This document shows positions 1 through 9,675 of a stretch of DNA of 64,000 nt, piece after piece; the stretch's first letter is position 1; each line of letters opens with the position of its first letter. The notes beneath the pieces are model-generated. The model was not told the origin of the DNA. It saw nothing but the letters and a program-made list of their open reading frames with translations, and made no database searches. Origin of the DNA: Candidatus Marinacidobacterium sp. (GTDB lineage Bacteria; Acidobacteriota; Vicinamibacteria; Marinacidobacterales; Marinacidobacteraceae); the NCBI GenBank assembly GCA_965204755.1, contig OZ242011.1, positions 1,632,001 through 1,696,000 of the forward strand, read 5' to 3'. The translations under genes were made by a program, and so were the position numbers.

Positions 1-1107
1 CAGGCGAAGCAGTGGGCGGAGCAGTCCGGGATTCCATACTGGCGCAACCCGGTCTCCAAGAACTCGCGCCCCTATCGCGGCCGGCGCGAATGCATCCGCT
101 GCGATACCTGCTCCATCTGCCCCACCGGGGCGAAGTACAGCCCGGACTTCACCTTCCGCCGGCTGCTCGACGAAGACCGGCTGACCCTCCACGACCGCAC
201 CATGGTGCGGCGACTCGTCACCGCGCCGGACTCGGACCGGATCGTCGAAGCGGAAGCGTTCCACCGGGACTCGCCGGACGAGACCGTCTCGGTGCGCGCC
301 CGCCATTTCGTCCTCGCCGCCGGCTACGCCTGGTCGTCCCACCTGCTGCTGGCTAGCGCCGGCGGCCGGTTCCCCGACGGTATCGCCAACCGGTCCGGAA
401 CGGTGGGCCGGTTCATCACCGGACACCGCTGGGTGAACGCCTTCGTCTCCGTCCCGATGCGGCTCTACCCCGGCGTGTACCGACAGGACAGCCTCCTCTC
501 GAAGCGTTTCCAGCACCGGGACGCCGAGGCCCAGCCGGACGGCAAGTACATCCGCCACGACCTCCGCATCTGGGAAGCGGACTACGGCCGCCGCGCCCGG
601 CTCCGCGACGACGACGGCCGGTTGCTGCTCGGGGACTCCGCGCTCGCCGACTGGCGGCGGCGCATCGAGACCGGATCGCTCCGAATGCGCGGCTACTACG
701 ATGTGATCCCCGCGCGGGAAAGCGCCCTCACCATCGAGCCGGGGCGAACGAATCCCTGGGGAATGCCGCTGCCGCGCATCGACTTCGCGGACGACCCGGT
801 CTCCGCCGACCTGCGCGGCTACACCGAGCAGAAGATCGAGGAGCGGTTCCGCAAAATCCTCCGCGCCGGCGGCGGCGAGTTGCTGGACATCGCGTTCGCC
901 TCCGACTACGACCACCCCGGCGGCGGCTGCCGGATGGGCGACGACCCGTCGGACAGCGTGGTGGATCCCTGGGGCCGGACGCACGACCACGAAAACCTCT
1001 GGATCGCCGGCGCCCCCACGATCGTCTCCTCCGGCTGCAACAACGGCACCCTCACCTTCTCCGCCCTCTCCCTCCGCACCGCCTCCCGCCTGGCCGCGGA
1101 ACTCTGA
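1..1107 (+). CDS. GMC family oxidoreductase (5'-partial)
   Basis: Frame open from base 1 (CIRCDTCSICPTGAKY...). GMC C-terminal motif HPGGGCRMGDDPSDSVVDPWGRTHDHENLWIAG. Confidence 0.9.
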   Translation, partial: QAKQWAEQSGIPYWRNPVSKNSRPYRGRRECIRCDTCSICPTGAKYSPDFTFRRLLDEDRLTLHDRTMVRRLVTAPDSDRIVEAEAFHRDSPDETVSVRARHFVLAAGYAWSSHLLLASAGGRFPDGIANRSGTVGRFITGHRWVNAFVSVPMRLYPGVYRQDSLLSKRFQHRDAEAQPDGKYIRHDLRIWEADYGRRARLRDDDGRLLLGDSALADWRRRIETGSLRMRGYYDVIPARESALTIEPGRTNPWGMPLPRIDFADDPVSADLRGYTEQKIEERFRKILRAGGGELLDIAFASDYDHPGGGCRMGDDPSDSVVDPWGRTHDHENLWIAGAPTIVSSGCNNGTLTFSALSLRTASRLAAEL

Positions 1108-1123
1108 GCACCCACCCTCTGCC

Positions 1124-3055
1124 GTGGCGAAGATCGAAGTAACCGGGACCGAACTGGTCTGGCCCGGAAAATACGACGACACCGGCCGACTCCGTCAGGC
1201 TCCTCGAGATGCACTGCCCTTCCAGATCATCGAAACAGTCAACGAGAGTCGAGTGGATCGGGAGCAGAGGAAGCGCCGCCGGCACTCCCTGTTCGATTAC
1301 TGGGAGGGCAAGGAAGGCGACACTTACGAGGAAGGATGGAGAAACAAACTGATCTGGGGAGACAACGAACTCGTCATGGGTTCGCTCTTGGAGAAGTTTG
1401 CGGGAAAGATCGATCTGATCTACATCGATCCGCCGTTCGCCACCCAGATGGACTTCTTGTTCAAGACCTATGTCGGGGAGGGCAAAACGGCGATCGACAG
1501 CAAGGGCTCGGCACGCGTGGTGTCCACCATGCAGCAGAAAGCCTATCGAGACACCTGGCGAGGCGGCTTGGACAGTTATCTCGAATACATGGTGCCGAGG
1601 CTTCAGTTGATGCGAGATCTCCTTTCTGCCCGCGGTTCGTTCTTCGTACATGTCGGCTTTCAGGTGAATCACTACTTGAGAGTCGCGATGGAGAACATTT
1701 TCGGCTCTGCGAATGTACTGGATGAGATCGTGTGGAGTTACGGTACTCCCTCAGGCGGTCGAGCGGCGGGCGACAAACTGATCAAGGCGCACGAGTACAT
1801 CATCTATGCCGTCAAGGAACGAGGAAGAAGCAAGTTCCACAAGACTCATCTCGAGTACTCCGAGAAGTACATCAGGGAGCGATTCAATCAGACCGATGAG
1901 GATGGACGCATCTATCGGACCCGCAAGCGAGGCGCGGTCGTTGAGCGTCAGTACTTGGACGAGAGCAAGGGTGTGCCTCTGTCAACCGTATGGTCAGACA
2001 TCAAGCAGACTTATGCCATGCATCTCGCCAAGAGAGCAAAGGAGGAGACCGGTTTCCAAACACAAAAGCCCGAGGCCCTGTTGTCGCGTATCATCGAATT
2101 GGCCAGCGACTCCGGCGATCTCGTAGCCGACTTCTTTTGTGGCTCGGGAACGACGGTGGCTGTCGCCGAGAGACTCGGACGCCGATGGATCGGGTGCGAT
2201 CTCGGTCGGTGGGGTATCCATGTTACGCGCAAGCGCCTGCTCGGTTTGCCCGGATGCCGACCGTTCGATGTGATGAATCTCGGCAAGTACGAACGCCAGT
2301 ACTGGCAGGGGGCGCAATTCGGCCTGAAGGAGGGCGCGGATGCGACTGAGCGGGTCATCTATGAGTACATCGCCTTTATCCTGAAACTCTACCGCGCCCA
2401 ACCAGTTGCGGGCATGAAGCATCTACACGGTCGCAAAGGAGCGGTCATGGTGCATGTCGGCGCCGTCGATGCGCCTGTCACCTTCGCCGAAGTGGAGAGC
2501 GCCGTGGAGGAGTGCCGCAAGGTCGGCCAGAAGGAACTTCATGTCTTGGGATGGGAGTGGGAGATGGGGTTGGCCGGCCCCAACAAGGAGGGGGAACGGG
2601 GCGGTCTGACACAGCAGCACGCCGAGCGAGACGGGATTCGGCTTCGGCTGAAGCGCATTCCTCAAGAGGTGATGGATGTGGCGGCTTCCGACAGGAGCGT
2701 CCGTTTCTTCGAACTGGCGTATGTGGACGCGGTGGCGAAGAGCGACGAAAGTGGGCGGGTTCACGTGCGACTTCGAGACTTCGTCGTACCGCACGGCGAT
2801 CCTGAGACCAAGGAGGTACGCGAGAAGATCACGAAGTGGATGGACTGGGTGGACTACTGGGCCGTTGACTGGGATTTTCGGGAGGACACCTTCCGGCAGG
2901 GGTGGGTGGCGTATCGGACTCGTACGGAGCGCTCTCTTCCGGAGCAGAGCGATCCGCATGAGTACGGTAAGCCGGGGAATTACCGAATTCTCGTGAAGGT
3001 CGTGGACATCTTCGGGAACGACACTTCGCTGCCGCTCGATGTGAAGGTCGGTTAG
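1124..3055 (+). CDS. mod: Type III-like R-M DNA methyltransferase (N6/N4 MTase, Mod)
   Basis: IDLIYIDPPF catalytic motif precedes TQKPEALL and DFFCGSGTT SAM motif (beta order). C-terminal extension ends VKVVDIFGNDT. Directly upstream of a Res-type helicase. Confidence 0.9.
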   Translation: MAKIEVTGTELVWPGKYDDTGRLRQAPRDALPFQIIETVNESRVDREQRKRRRHSLFDYWEGKEGDTYEEGWRNKLIWGDNELVMGSLLEKFAGKIDLIYIDPPFATQMDFLFKTYVGEGKTAIDSKGSARVVSTMQQKAYRDTWRGGLDSYLEYMVPRLQLMRDLLSARGSFFVHVGFQVNHYLRVAMENIFGSANVLDEIVWSYGTPSGGRAAGDKLIKAHEYIIYAVKERGRSKFHKTHLEYSEKYIRERFNQTDEDGRIYRTRKRGAVVERQYLDESKGVPLSTVWSDIKQTYAMHLAKRAKEETGFQTQKPEALLSRIIELASDSGDLVADFFCGSGTTVAVAERLGRRWIGCDLGRWGIHVTRKRLLGLPGCRPFDVMNLGKYERQYWQGAQFGLKEGADATERVIYEYIAFILKLYRAQPVAGMKHLHGRKGAVMVHVGAVDAPVTFAEVESAVEECRKVGQKELHVLGWEWEMGLAGPNKEGERGGLTQQHAERDGIRLRLKRIPQEVMDVAASDRSVRFFELAYVDAVAKSDESGRVHVRLRDFVVPHGDPETKEVREKITKWMDWVDYWAVDWDFREDTFRQGWVAYRTRTERSLPEQSDPHEYGKPGNYRILVKVVDIFGNDTSLPLDVKVG

Positions 3056-3057
3056 CC

Positions 3058-5817
3058 GTGGCGCGAGCACTCTTCGTCTATGACAGGCGCCTTCCGGAGA
3101 TCACCGGTCGGCGGCCGTGGGAAAAGCCAACTTCGCATCTGGTCAAGACGGACGAGGCGCCGGAGTGGAGTCGCGAAGACGGTCGGAGGCCGAGCGAGCG
3201 GTTGCTCGTGCCGAAGATCCGGGAGGCGGTGGACCGGTGGCGGGACGGGGGCTATTCGTCGGCGTCTGAAGTGACCCGGCGTCTCTTCCGCCACTGGTTC
3301 GAGGAAGATCACTCGGTGACCGGCTACGACCAACCGTTCCGGTTCCACTTCGGACAGCGGGAAGCCATCGAGACACTGGCTTGGCTCGTCGAGTGCTCCG
3401 GCGTCCGGGACACGAAGGCCCTGATTTCGCAGTACGGAAGCGTTGGGGACGCCGGTCTCTTCCAGAACCACGGTTGCTTCCAGACGACCATGGACGGAGT
3501 GCGGCAGTGGCTCGGGCCTTCGGGGTCGCAGGATCTGCCCGCCCGGAACCTGCGCCGCTACGCGTTCAAGATGGCGACCGGCGCCGGAAAGACCTGGGTG
3601 ATGGCGATGATCGTCGTGTGGGCGTGGTTCCACTCCCGGCGCGTTCCACGCTCTCCGCTGTCGAGGAACTTCCTGATCGTCGCGCCGAATGTCATCGTGT
3701 ACCAGCGTCTCGAGAAGGACTTCGCGAACGCTCGGCTCTTCCGCGACCTGCCCCTGATTCCGCCGGAATGGACGGGCGAATTCACTCCGCGGATCATCCT
3801 TCGCGGCGAGGCGACGGAGCCGAGCCCGTCCGGCAACATCTTCCTGACCAACATCCAACAACTGCACCAACGCGAGGAATCGTGGACACCGGCGAATCCG
3901 GTACAAAAGTGGTTGGGGCCGAAGCCGAAGCCGGGCCTGCTCGGCGGACTTCCGATGTTGGATCGGGTGAAGTCGTTGTCGGACCTGGTGGTCATGAACG
4001 ACGAAGCCCACCATGTCCACGACGAGGAACTCGCCTGGAACCGATCACTGGGCAGCCTCCATAACGCACTGCCGCACGGACTTTCGGCGTGGCTCGATTT
4101 CTCTGCGACGCCCAAGGACCAAAACGGGAACTACTTTCCTTGGACGGTCTGCGATTATCCGCTTGCGCAGGCGGTGGAGGATCGAATCGTCAAAGTGCCG
4201 CTTCTCGTGGATGCCCGATCTGCGGACGGAGGGGAGCCTCAAGATCCGGACGGACTCACTCGGGAAAATGTCGCGGAGAAATGCGACGACTGGCTGCAGG
4301 CGGCGACAGCACGCCTGCAGCGGCACGAGGAAGTGTGTCGAGAACTGGCGGTCCGTCCCGTCCTCTTCATCATGGCCGACAAGAACGCGCACGCGGATGC
4401 TATCGGCACCCATCTTCGCAAGTCGGATCAGTTCGATCTGAAGGAAGAAGAAGTCCTGGTGATCCATACCAAGGGTGACGGCGAGATCACGAAGGGTGAC
4501 CTGGAGAACGCGCGCCGGGCAGCCGGGAACATCGATAGCGCAACGAGCCGCATCCGGGTCATCGTCAGCGTAATGATGCTCCGGGAAGGGTGGGATGTCC
4601 GCAATGTCACCGTGGTTCTGGGGCTGCGCGCGTTTTCCGCCCAGTCGAAGATCCTCCCGGAGCAGGTGATCGGGCGCGGTCTGCGTCTGATGCGGGATGT
4701 GAGTCCTGACCGGACACAGACGCTGGAAGTCCTCGGCACGAGGAATCTGCTGGAGGTTCTACGCGAACAGTTGGAGGCGGACGGCGTAGGTATCGGCGCC
4801 GCGAGTGTCGCCGAACTACCACACGAACTCGTCATCCGGCCGGTCGCCGAGCGCATGAACTACGACATCGCCGTGCCGATCACCAAACCGAGCCTCACGA
4901 GGAATGTGCGGCGGCTGGACGAGTTGAGTCCTCTCGAACTGGATGCCGTCGGTGGCGATGTGGACCTATCGAGAGCCCATAGCATCAGTGTGTCCGTCAG
5001 GGAGCAAGTAACCGATGCGACCGTTCACACGGAGACCGTCAGCCGGGAGGCGGCGACGAGGTCGGAGGAGTCCGTGGCGGCCATCGTCCGTCAGGTCATG
5101 GATCGATGCGGCCTACCGACTGCGTTCTCGGTGCTGTACCCGAAGGTCAAGCAGTATGTGGAGCAGAAGTGCTTCGACAGATCGGTGTCCGTAGATGATG
5201 AGGTCGTCCGCTCGCACTTGGCGCGAGAAGAACTCCGGGAACGCATCGCGGCGTATCTCGTGGAAGTCGTCGGAGCCTTGACGGCGGAGCAGAAGCCGAT
5301 CGCCTTCAAGGAGGAGCGATTCCGGCTGTCGGGCACGAAGCCGTTCCGCTGGCGTCGGAACCTGCCGCCGCCGTGCGAGGCCACCAAGACGGTCTTCAAC
5401 TATGTGGCGACCTGGAACGACTTCGAGCGGCGGTTCGCCGGTTTTCTCGACCGGGCGAAGGACATCGCCCGTTTCTCGGCCTTGGGCACGACCGAGCAGG
5501 GGACCTCGGGAACGACCTTTCGGATCGACTATCTCAAGCCCAGCGGAGCGATCGGGTTCTACTACCCGGACTGGGTGGCCGTTCAGTCGACGGAGGATGG
5601 AGATATCCACTGGATCATCGAGACCAAGGGCCGCGTCTTTGCGGGCACGAAGGAGAAGGACGAAGCCATGCGCGCCTGGTGCGAGCGCGTAGAGGAGGCC
5701 ACTTCGGAGCCATGGCGGTATGTACGGATCAATCAGGGCGACTTCGACGAGTCCGCGGATGCGGAGACGCTCGCCCGGCTGTTGGAGAGCACCGGATCGC
5801 CGGGGATGCTCGACTGA
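3058..5817 (+). CDS. res: Type III restriction endonuclease subunit (SF2 helicase + PD-(D/E)XK nuclease)
   Basis: MATGAGKT, NDEAHH, FSATP, MLREGWD, EQVIGRGLR. C-terminal YYPDWV...IIETKG. Confidence 0.9.
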   Translation: MARALFVYDRRLPEITGRRPWEKPTSHLVKTDEAPEWSREDGRRPSERLLVPKIREAVDRWRDGGYSSASEVTRRLFRHWFEEDHSVTGYDQPFRFHFGQREAIETLAWLVECSGVRDTKALISQYGSVGDAGLFQNHGCFQTTMDGVRQWLGPSGSQDLPARNLRRYAFKMATGAGKTWVMAMIVVWAWFHSRRVPRSPLSRNFLIVAPNVIVYQRLEKDFANARLFRDLPLIPPEWTGEFTPRIILRGEATEPSPSGNIFLTNIQQLHQREESWTPANPVQKWLGPKPKPGLLGGLPMLDRVKSLSDLVVMNDEAHHVHDEELAWNRSLGSLHNALPHGLSAWLDFSATPKDQNGNYFPWTVCDYPLAQAVEDRIVKVPLLVDARSADGGEPQDPDGLTRENVAEKCDDWLQAATARLQRHEEVCRELAVRPVLFIMADKNAHADAIGTHLRKSDQFDLKEEEVLVIHTKGDGEITKGDLENARRAAGNIDSATSRIRVIVSVMMLREGWDVRNVTVVLGLRAFSAQSKILPEQVIGRGLRLMRDVSPDRTQTLEVLGTRNLLEVLREQLEADGVGIGAASVAELPHELVIRPVAERMNYDIAVPITKPSLTRNVRRLDELSPLELDAVGGDVDLSRAHSISVSVREQVTDATVHTETVSREAATRSEESVAAIVRQVMDRCGLPTAFSVLYPKVKQYVEQKCFDRSVSVDDEVVRSHLAREELRERIAAYLVEVVGALTAEQKPIAFKEERFRLSGTKPFRWRRNLPPPCEATKTVFNYVATWNDFERRFAGFLDRAKDIARFSALGTTEQGTSGTTFRIDYLKPSGAIGFYYPDWVAVQSTEDGDIHWIIETKGRVFAGTKEKDEAMRAWCERVEEATSEPWRYVRINQGDFDESADAETLARLLESTGSPGMLD

Positions 5818-5875
5818 GGGCCTTCGGGTCGCCGAAGAACACCGGAGGAAGTCCGTGGCGTTCGCGGTAGGGGCG

Positions 5876-6170
5876 CTACCCCCCCAGTTGACCCCTCCGG
5901 GCAGGCCGCTACCCCCCCCCCCCCCCCCCCCCCCCCCCAGTTGAGCCATCGCAGGGGGCTACCCCCCCAGTCGAACCTTCCAAGTGGACTTCGACCCCCC
6001 CAGTCGGGCCTCCGGACGGGACTCGCCCCCCCGGTCGAGCCTCCGGGCGGAACTCGACCCCCCCAGTCGAGCCTTCCGGGGCGGAACTCGACCCCCCCAG
6101 TCGGGCCTTCCGGGCGGAACTCGACCCCCCCAGTCGGGCCTTGCGGACGAGACTCGACCCCCCAGACGAG
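5876..6170. repeat. Tandem array of 9 units of ~33 bp with core (CT/CG)ACCCCCCCAGT(T/C)G
   Basis: Cores start at 5878, 5911, 5961, 5994, 6025, 6057, 6091, 6124 and 6157. Copy 2 carries a 27-C run. Confidence 0.9.
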
Positions 6171-6189
6171 CCTTGGAGGAAAACCCGGT

Positions 6190-7467
6190 ATGAACACGAC
6201 TCCCGGTCCCGCTTCCCGGTGGGCGGCATTCGCCTCCCGCCGCTGGGCGGCCGTCCTGCTGGTTCTGCTCGCCTCTTGCGGCGGCGAGCGCGGGCCCGCC
6301 GGCGGGTACCGCGAGGGGATGCTGGTCGTCAGCGCGTCCCGCGTCCTCGACGGGCGCGGCGGGGTACTCGAAGACCACGGCGTGGTGATCGAGGGTGATC
6401 GGGTCGCCGCGGTGGCGGCGAACGCGGACTTGCCGACGGATGTGCGGTGGCTGCACTTCGACGACGCCTCGATCCTTCCGGGATTGATCGATACCCATGT
6501 CCACCTCTCCTGGCACTTCGGCGCGGACGGGAAACTCGCGCGCGGCGACGCGCCCGAAGTCACGGCGCTCCACGCGGTGGAGAACGGGGTGAAGATGTTG
6601 CGCGCCGGCTTCACGACCGTGCAGAGCCTCGGGAACGCCGTGGACGGACCGGTGCGCGACGCAGTGAACCGGGGCCTCGTGCCCGGCCCCCGCATCCTGA
6701 CCTCCCTGGGCCAACTGTCCGCGCGCACCGGAGGGGCGGAGGAACTCGCGGCGGAAGCGGCCCGCCTGGCGGACGCCGGCGCCGACGCGATCAAGATCTT
6801 CGCTTCGGAGAGCATCCGGGTGGGCGGCGGGCCGACGCTCTCGCAGGAGGAACTCGACGCCGCCTGCGGCGCGGCGGCGGAGCGGGGGCTGCGAACGCTG
6901 GTGCACGCGCACGGGCCGGAGAGCGCGAGCCGGGCGTCCCGCGCCGGCTGCACCACCATCGAACACGGCGCATTGCTCGACCGGGAAACGCTCGACCTGC
7001 TGGCCGCGAACGGGACCTTCTACGACCCGAACACCTACCTCATCTTCGCCAACTACTTCGAGAACCAGGATCGTTACCTCGGCATCGGGAACTACACCGA
7101 GGAAGGGTTCCGGCAGATGGAATCCGGCGCCGAACGGGCGATGGAGACCTTCCGCGCCGCGCTGGAAACCGACGGACTGAAGATCGTGTTCGGCACCGAC
7201 GCGGTCGCCGGCGCGCACGGCCAAAACCTCCGGGAAGCGGTCGCCCGGGTGGAGCAGGGCGGGCAGGAACCCATGGGCGTGATCGTCGGGATGACTTCGC
7301 TCGCCGCCGAGTCGCTCGGACTCGGGAGCGAGATCGGGACGCTCGCGACGGGTTACGCCGCCGACCTGATCGTGGTGGAAGGCGATCCCGCGCAGGACAT
7401 CGAGTCCCTGGGGAATATCCGGCTGGTGATCGCCGGGGGCGAAGTCCGCTACTCGACGCCGCCGTAG
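6190..7467 (+). CDS. Amidohydrolase family lipoprotein (Xaa-Pro dipeptidase/imidazolonepropionase-like)
   Basis: GGAGGA RBS before ATG 6190. Lipobox LLASC. PGLIDTHVH, HAHG, IEHG, FGTDA, G..ADL motifs. Confidence 0.88.
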   Translation: MNTTPGPASRWAAFASRRWAAVLLVLLASCGGERGPAGGYREGMLVVSASRVLDGRGGVLEDHGVVIEGDRVAAVAANADLPTDVRWLHFDDASILPGLIDTHVHLSWHFGADGKLARGDAPEVTALHAVENGVKMLRAGFTTVQSLGNAVDGPVRDAVNRGLVPGPRILTSLGQLSARTGGAEELAAEAARLADAGADAIKIFASESIRVGGGPTLSQEELDAACGAAAERGLRTLVHAHGPESASRASRAGCTTIEHGALLDRETLDLLAANGTFYDPNTYLIFANYFENQDRYLGIGNYTEEGFRQMESGAERAMETFRAALETDGLKIVFGTDAVAGAHGQNLREAVARVEQGGQEPMGVIVGMTSLAAESLGLGSEIGTLATGYAADLIVVEGDPAQDIESLGNIRLVIAGGEVRYSTPP

Positions 7468-7580
7468 TCCCGGGGCGCGCCCGCCGGCGGCGGTCGGGCG
7501 CGGCGGGCCGCCGGGGGCGGCGCTCCGGAGGGGGTTTCTCGACCGACGCCGCCGGGCGCCGCGGGAATCGAACCCGAAGG

Positions 7581-8432
7581 TCAGGCCGCGGCGCGGCCGG
7601 CGCCCACTTCCCCGGTGCGGCTGCGGAGGCGCTCCACGACGAACAGCAGCGCCAGCGCGGTAACGATCAGGAAAGTCGCGGTCGCCAGGATCGCCGGGCT
7701 GATTTCCTCGCGGATTCCCGACCACATCTGGCGGGGGATGGTGCGTTGGTCGAGGCCGCCCATGAACAGGACGACCACCACTTCGTCGAAGGAGGCGGCG
7801 AAGGCGAACACCGCCCCGGAGACCACTCCGGGAGCGATGAGCGGCAACTGCACCCGGCGGAACGAAGTGAGGGCGTCCGCGCCGAGACTCTGCGCGGCGC
7901 GGGTCAGGTTGCGGTCGTAACCCGAGAGCGTCGCCGTAACCGTGATGACGACGAACGGCGCGCCCATCGCCGCGTGCGCGAGGATCAGGCCGATGTGCGT
8001 CTGCACCAGCCCCACATCGGAGTAGAAGAAGAACATCCCCGCCGCGGCGATCACCAGCGGGATCACCATCGGCGAGATGAGCACCGCGGTGACGAGCCGG
8101 CGCCCCGGCATCGCCGGACTGGACAGGCCGAGCGCGGCGACGGTTCCCAGCGTGGTCGCGAGCAGCGAAGCGGAGATGCCGATGAGCAGGCTGTTCGCGA
8201 GCGCCCGGGTCCAGACGCCGCCGGTGGCGATCTCCTCGTACCAACGAAGCGACCACGCGTCCGGGTCCAGCCGGAGCATTCCCGGCGTGAAGGTGAAGTA
8301 GGGCTCCGCGTTGAAACTGAGGGGGATGATGACCAAGATGGGCGCGATCAGGAACAGGAACACCAGCGCGCACCACAACCGGTAGGCGAGATGCCCCGGT
8401 CGGAGCCGGGAGAGGAGCGTCGCGAAAGTCAA
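7581..8432 (-). CDS. potC: Polyamine-type ABC transporter permease
   Basis: TM helices, EAA loop AAQSLGA, SFDE motif. Operon context. Confidence 0.85.
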   Translation of the reverse strand: MTFATLLSRLRPGHLAYRLWCALVFLFLIAPILVIIPLSFNAEPYFTFTPGMLRLDPDAWSLRWYEEIATGGVWTRALANSLLIGISASLLATTLGTVAALGLSSPAMPGRRLVTAVLISPMVIPLVIAAAGMFFFYSDVGLVQTHIGLILAHAAMGAPFVVITVTATLSGYDRNLTRAAQSLGADALTSFRRVQLPLIAPGVVSGAVFAFAASFDEVVVVLFMGGLDQRTIPRQMWSGIREEISPAILATATFLIVTALALLFVVERLRSRTGEVGAGRAAA

Positions 8433-8439
8433 GACCGCG

Positions 8440-9675
8440 TTACCCGAGCCGCAGGCTCATCGCGCCGACCAGGCGGTCGTAGATCACATAGAGCACGCCG
8501 ACGACCAGCAGCAGCACGCCGCCGAGCGCCCCGGCGAGCCCCCAGTTCAGCGAGGTCTGCATGTGGAAGGCGATCATGTTGGAGATCAACTGGCCGCTGC
8601 TGCCGCCGACCAGCGCCGGGGTGATGTAGTAGCCGATCGCCAGGATGAAGACCAGCAGCGCGCCGGCGCCGGTGCCCGGAAGCGTCAGCGGCCAATAGAC
8701 GCGGAAGAACGCCTGCCAGCGGCTCGCCCCCAGCGAAGTCGCCGCGCGCATGAAACTCGGCGGAATGCCCTTCATCACCGAATAGATGGGCAGCACCATG
8801 AACGGGAGCAGGACATGCGTCATCGCCACCAGCGTCCCGGTCAGGTTGTAGATCATCGCGATCCGGCCGTCGTCGGAGAGGATGCCGACGGCGACCAGCA
8901 GGTCGTTGATGACGCCGCGCGTCTGGAGCAGCACGATCCAGGAAGTCGTGCGCACCAGCAGCGAAGTCCAGAACGGGACCAGCACCAGCATCAGCAGCCA
9001 GCGGGCGGCGCGGGGCGGGGCGGAAGCGATCCGGTGCGCGATGGGGTACGCGAGCAACAGGCAGAACAGCGTAACCACCAAACTGATGAACAGCGTCCGC
9101 CACAGGAGCGGCAGGTGGACGCGCCGCTCCGGCGGCTGGCGGACGACGGCGCCGTCCTCGGCGCGTTCGAGGTCGAGCGCGTGCAGGTAGTGGCGGGCGG
9201 TGAAACGCTGTCCGGCGGTGCGGATCGCGCGCCAGGTCGAAACCTCGCCCCATTCCGCCCGCCCGGCGATCAGGGTTTCCCGGAACGAGGGGCCTTCGCC
9301 GGCTTCCAGCCGGGCGGCCGCGGCGCGAGCGCCCCGGGTGATGACGCTGCGCATCCCGCTTTCGACCCGGTTCACCCGGCCGCCGAGCATTCCCGACCGG
9401 CGTTCGGCGTCCGCCGCCGCCAACTCGCGCGCCGCGGCGGCGAACACCGCTTCGTCCGGAAGACTCCCGCCGTCCCAGTCCGAAAGGAGCGCCAGGGTCT
9501 GAGGCAGGGTGTCCGCGACCACCGGGTCGTACACGCTGCGGGCGAACATCGTCCACAGCGGCGCGAGGAAGGTGACCCCGATGAACGCCACCAGGGGAAG
9601 CGCGAGACCCGCGGCGCGAAGCCGCGCCCGCGCCGGGATGCGGACCCGCCCGGCGGCGCTCATCGGGAGAGCCAC
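8440..9675 (-). CDS. potB: Polyamine-type ABC transporter permease
   Basis: PFWTSLLVRT, LPFMVLPIY, AATSLGA, GYYITPALVGG. Confidence 0.85.
   Translation of the reverse strand: MALPMSAAGRVRIPARARLRAAGLALPLVAFIGVTFLAPLWTMFARSVYDPVVADTLPQTLALLSDWDGGSLPDEAVFAAAARELAAADAERRSGMLGGRVNRVESGMRSVITRGARAAAARLEAGEGPSFRETLIAGRAEWGEVSTWRAIRTAGQRFTARHYLHALDLERAEDGAVVRQPPERRVHLPLLWRTLFISLVVTLFCLLLAYPIAHRIASAPPRAARWLLMLVLVPFWTSLLVRTTSWIVLLQTRGVINDLLVAVGILSDDGRIAMIYNLTGTLVAMTHVLLPFMVLPIYSVMKGIPPSFMRAATSLGASRWQAFFRVYWPLTLPGTGAGALLVFILAIGYYITPALVGGSSGQLISNMIAFHMQTSLNWGLAGALGGVLLLVVGVLYVIYDRLVGAMSLRLG

Noticed and set aside
5941-6189. Pro-rich N-terminal extension of the amidohydrolase
   Set aside because: It is a translation of the DNA array. 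A good RBS, ATG and lipoprotein signal begin at 6190.
7555-7580. tRNA/tmRNA T-arm-like CGGGTTCGATTCCCG on the minus strand
   Set aside because: No acceptor stem, CCA or rest of a cloverleaf. Probably chance or a small hairpin.
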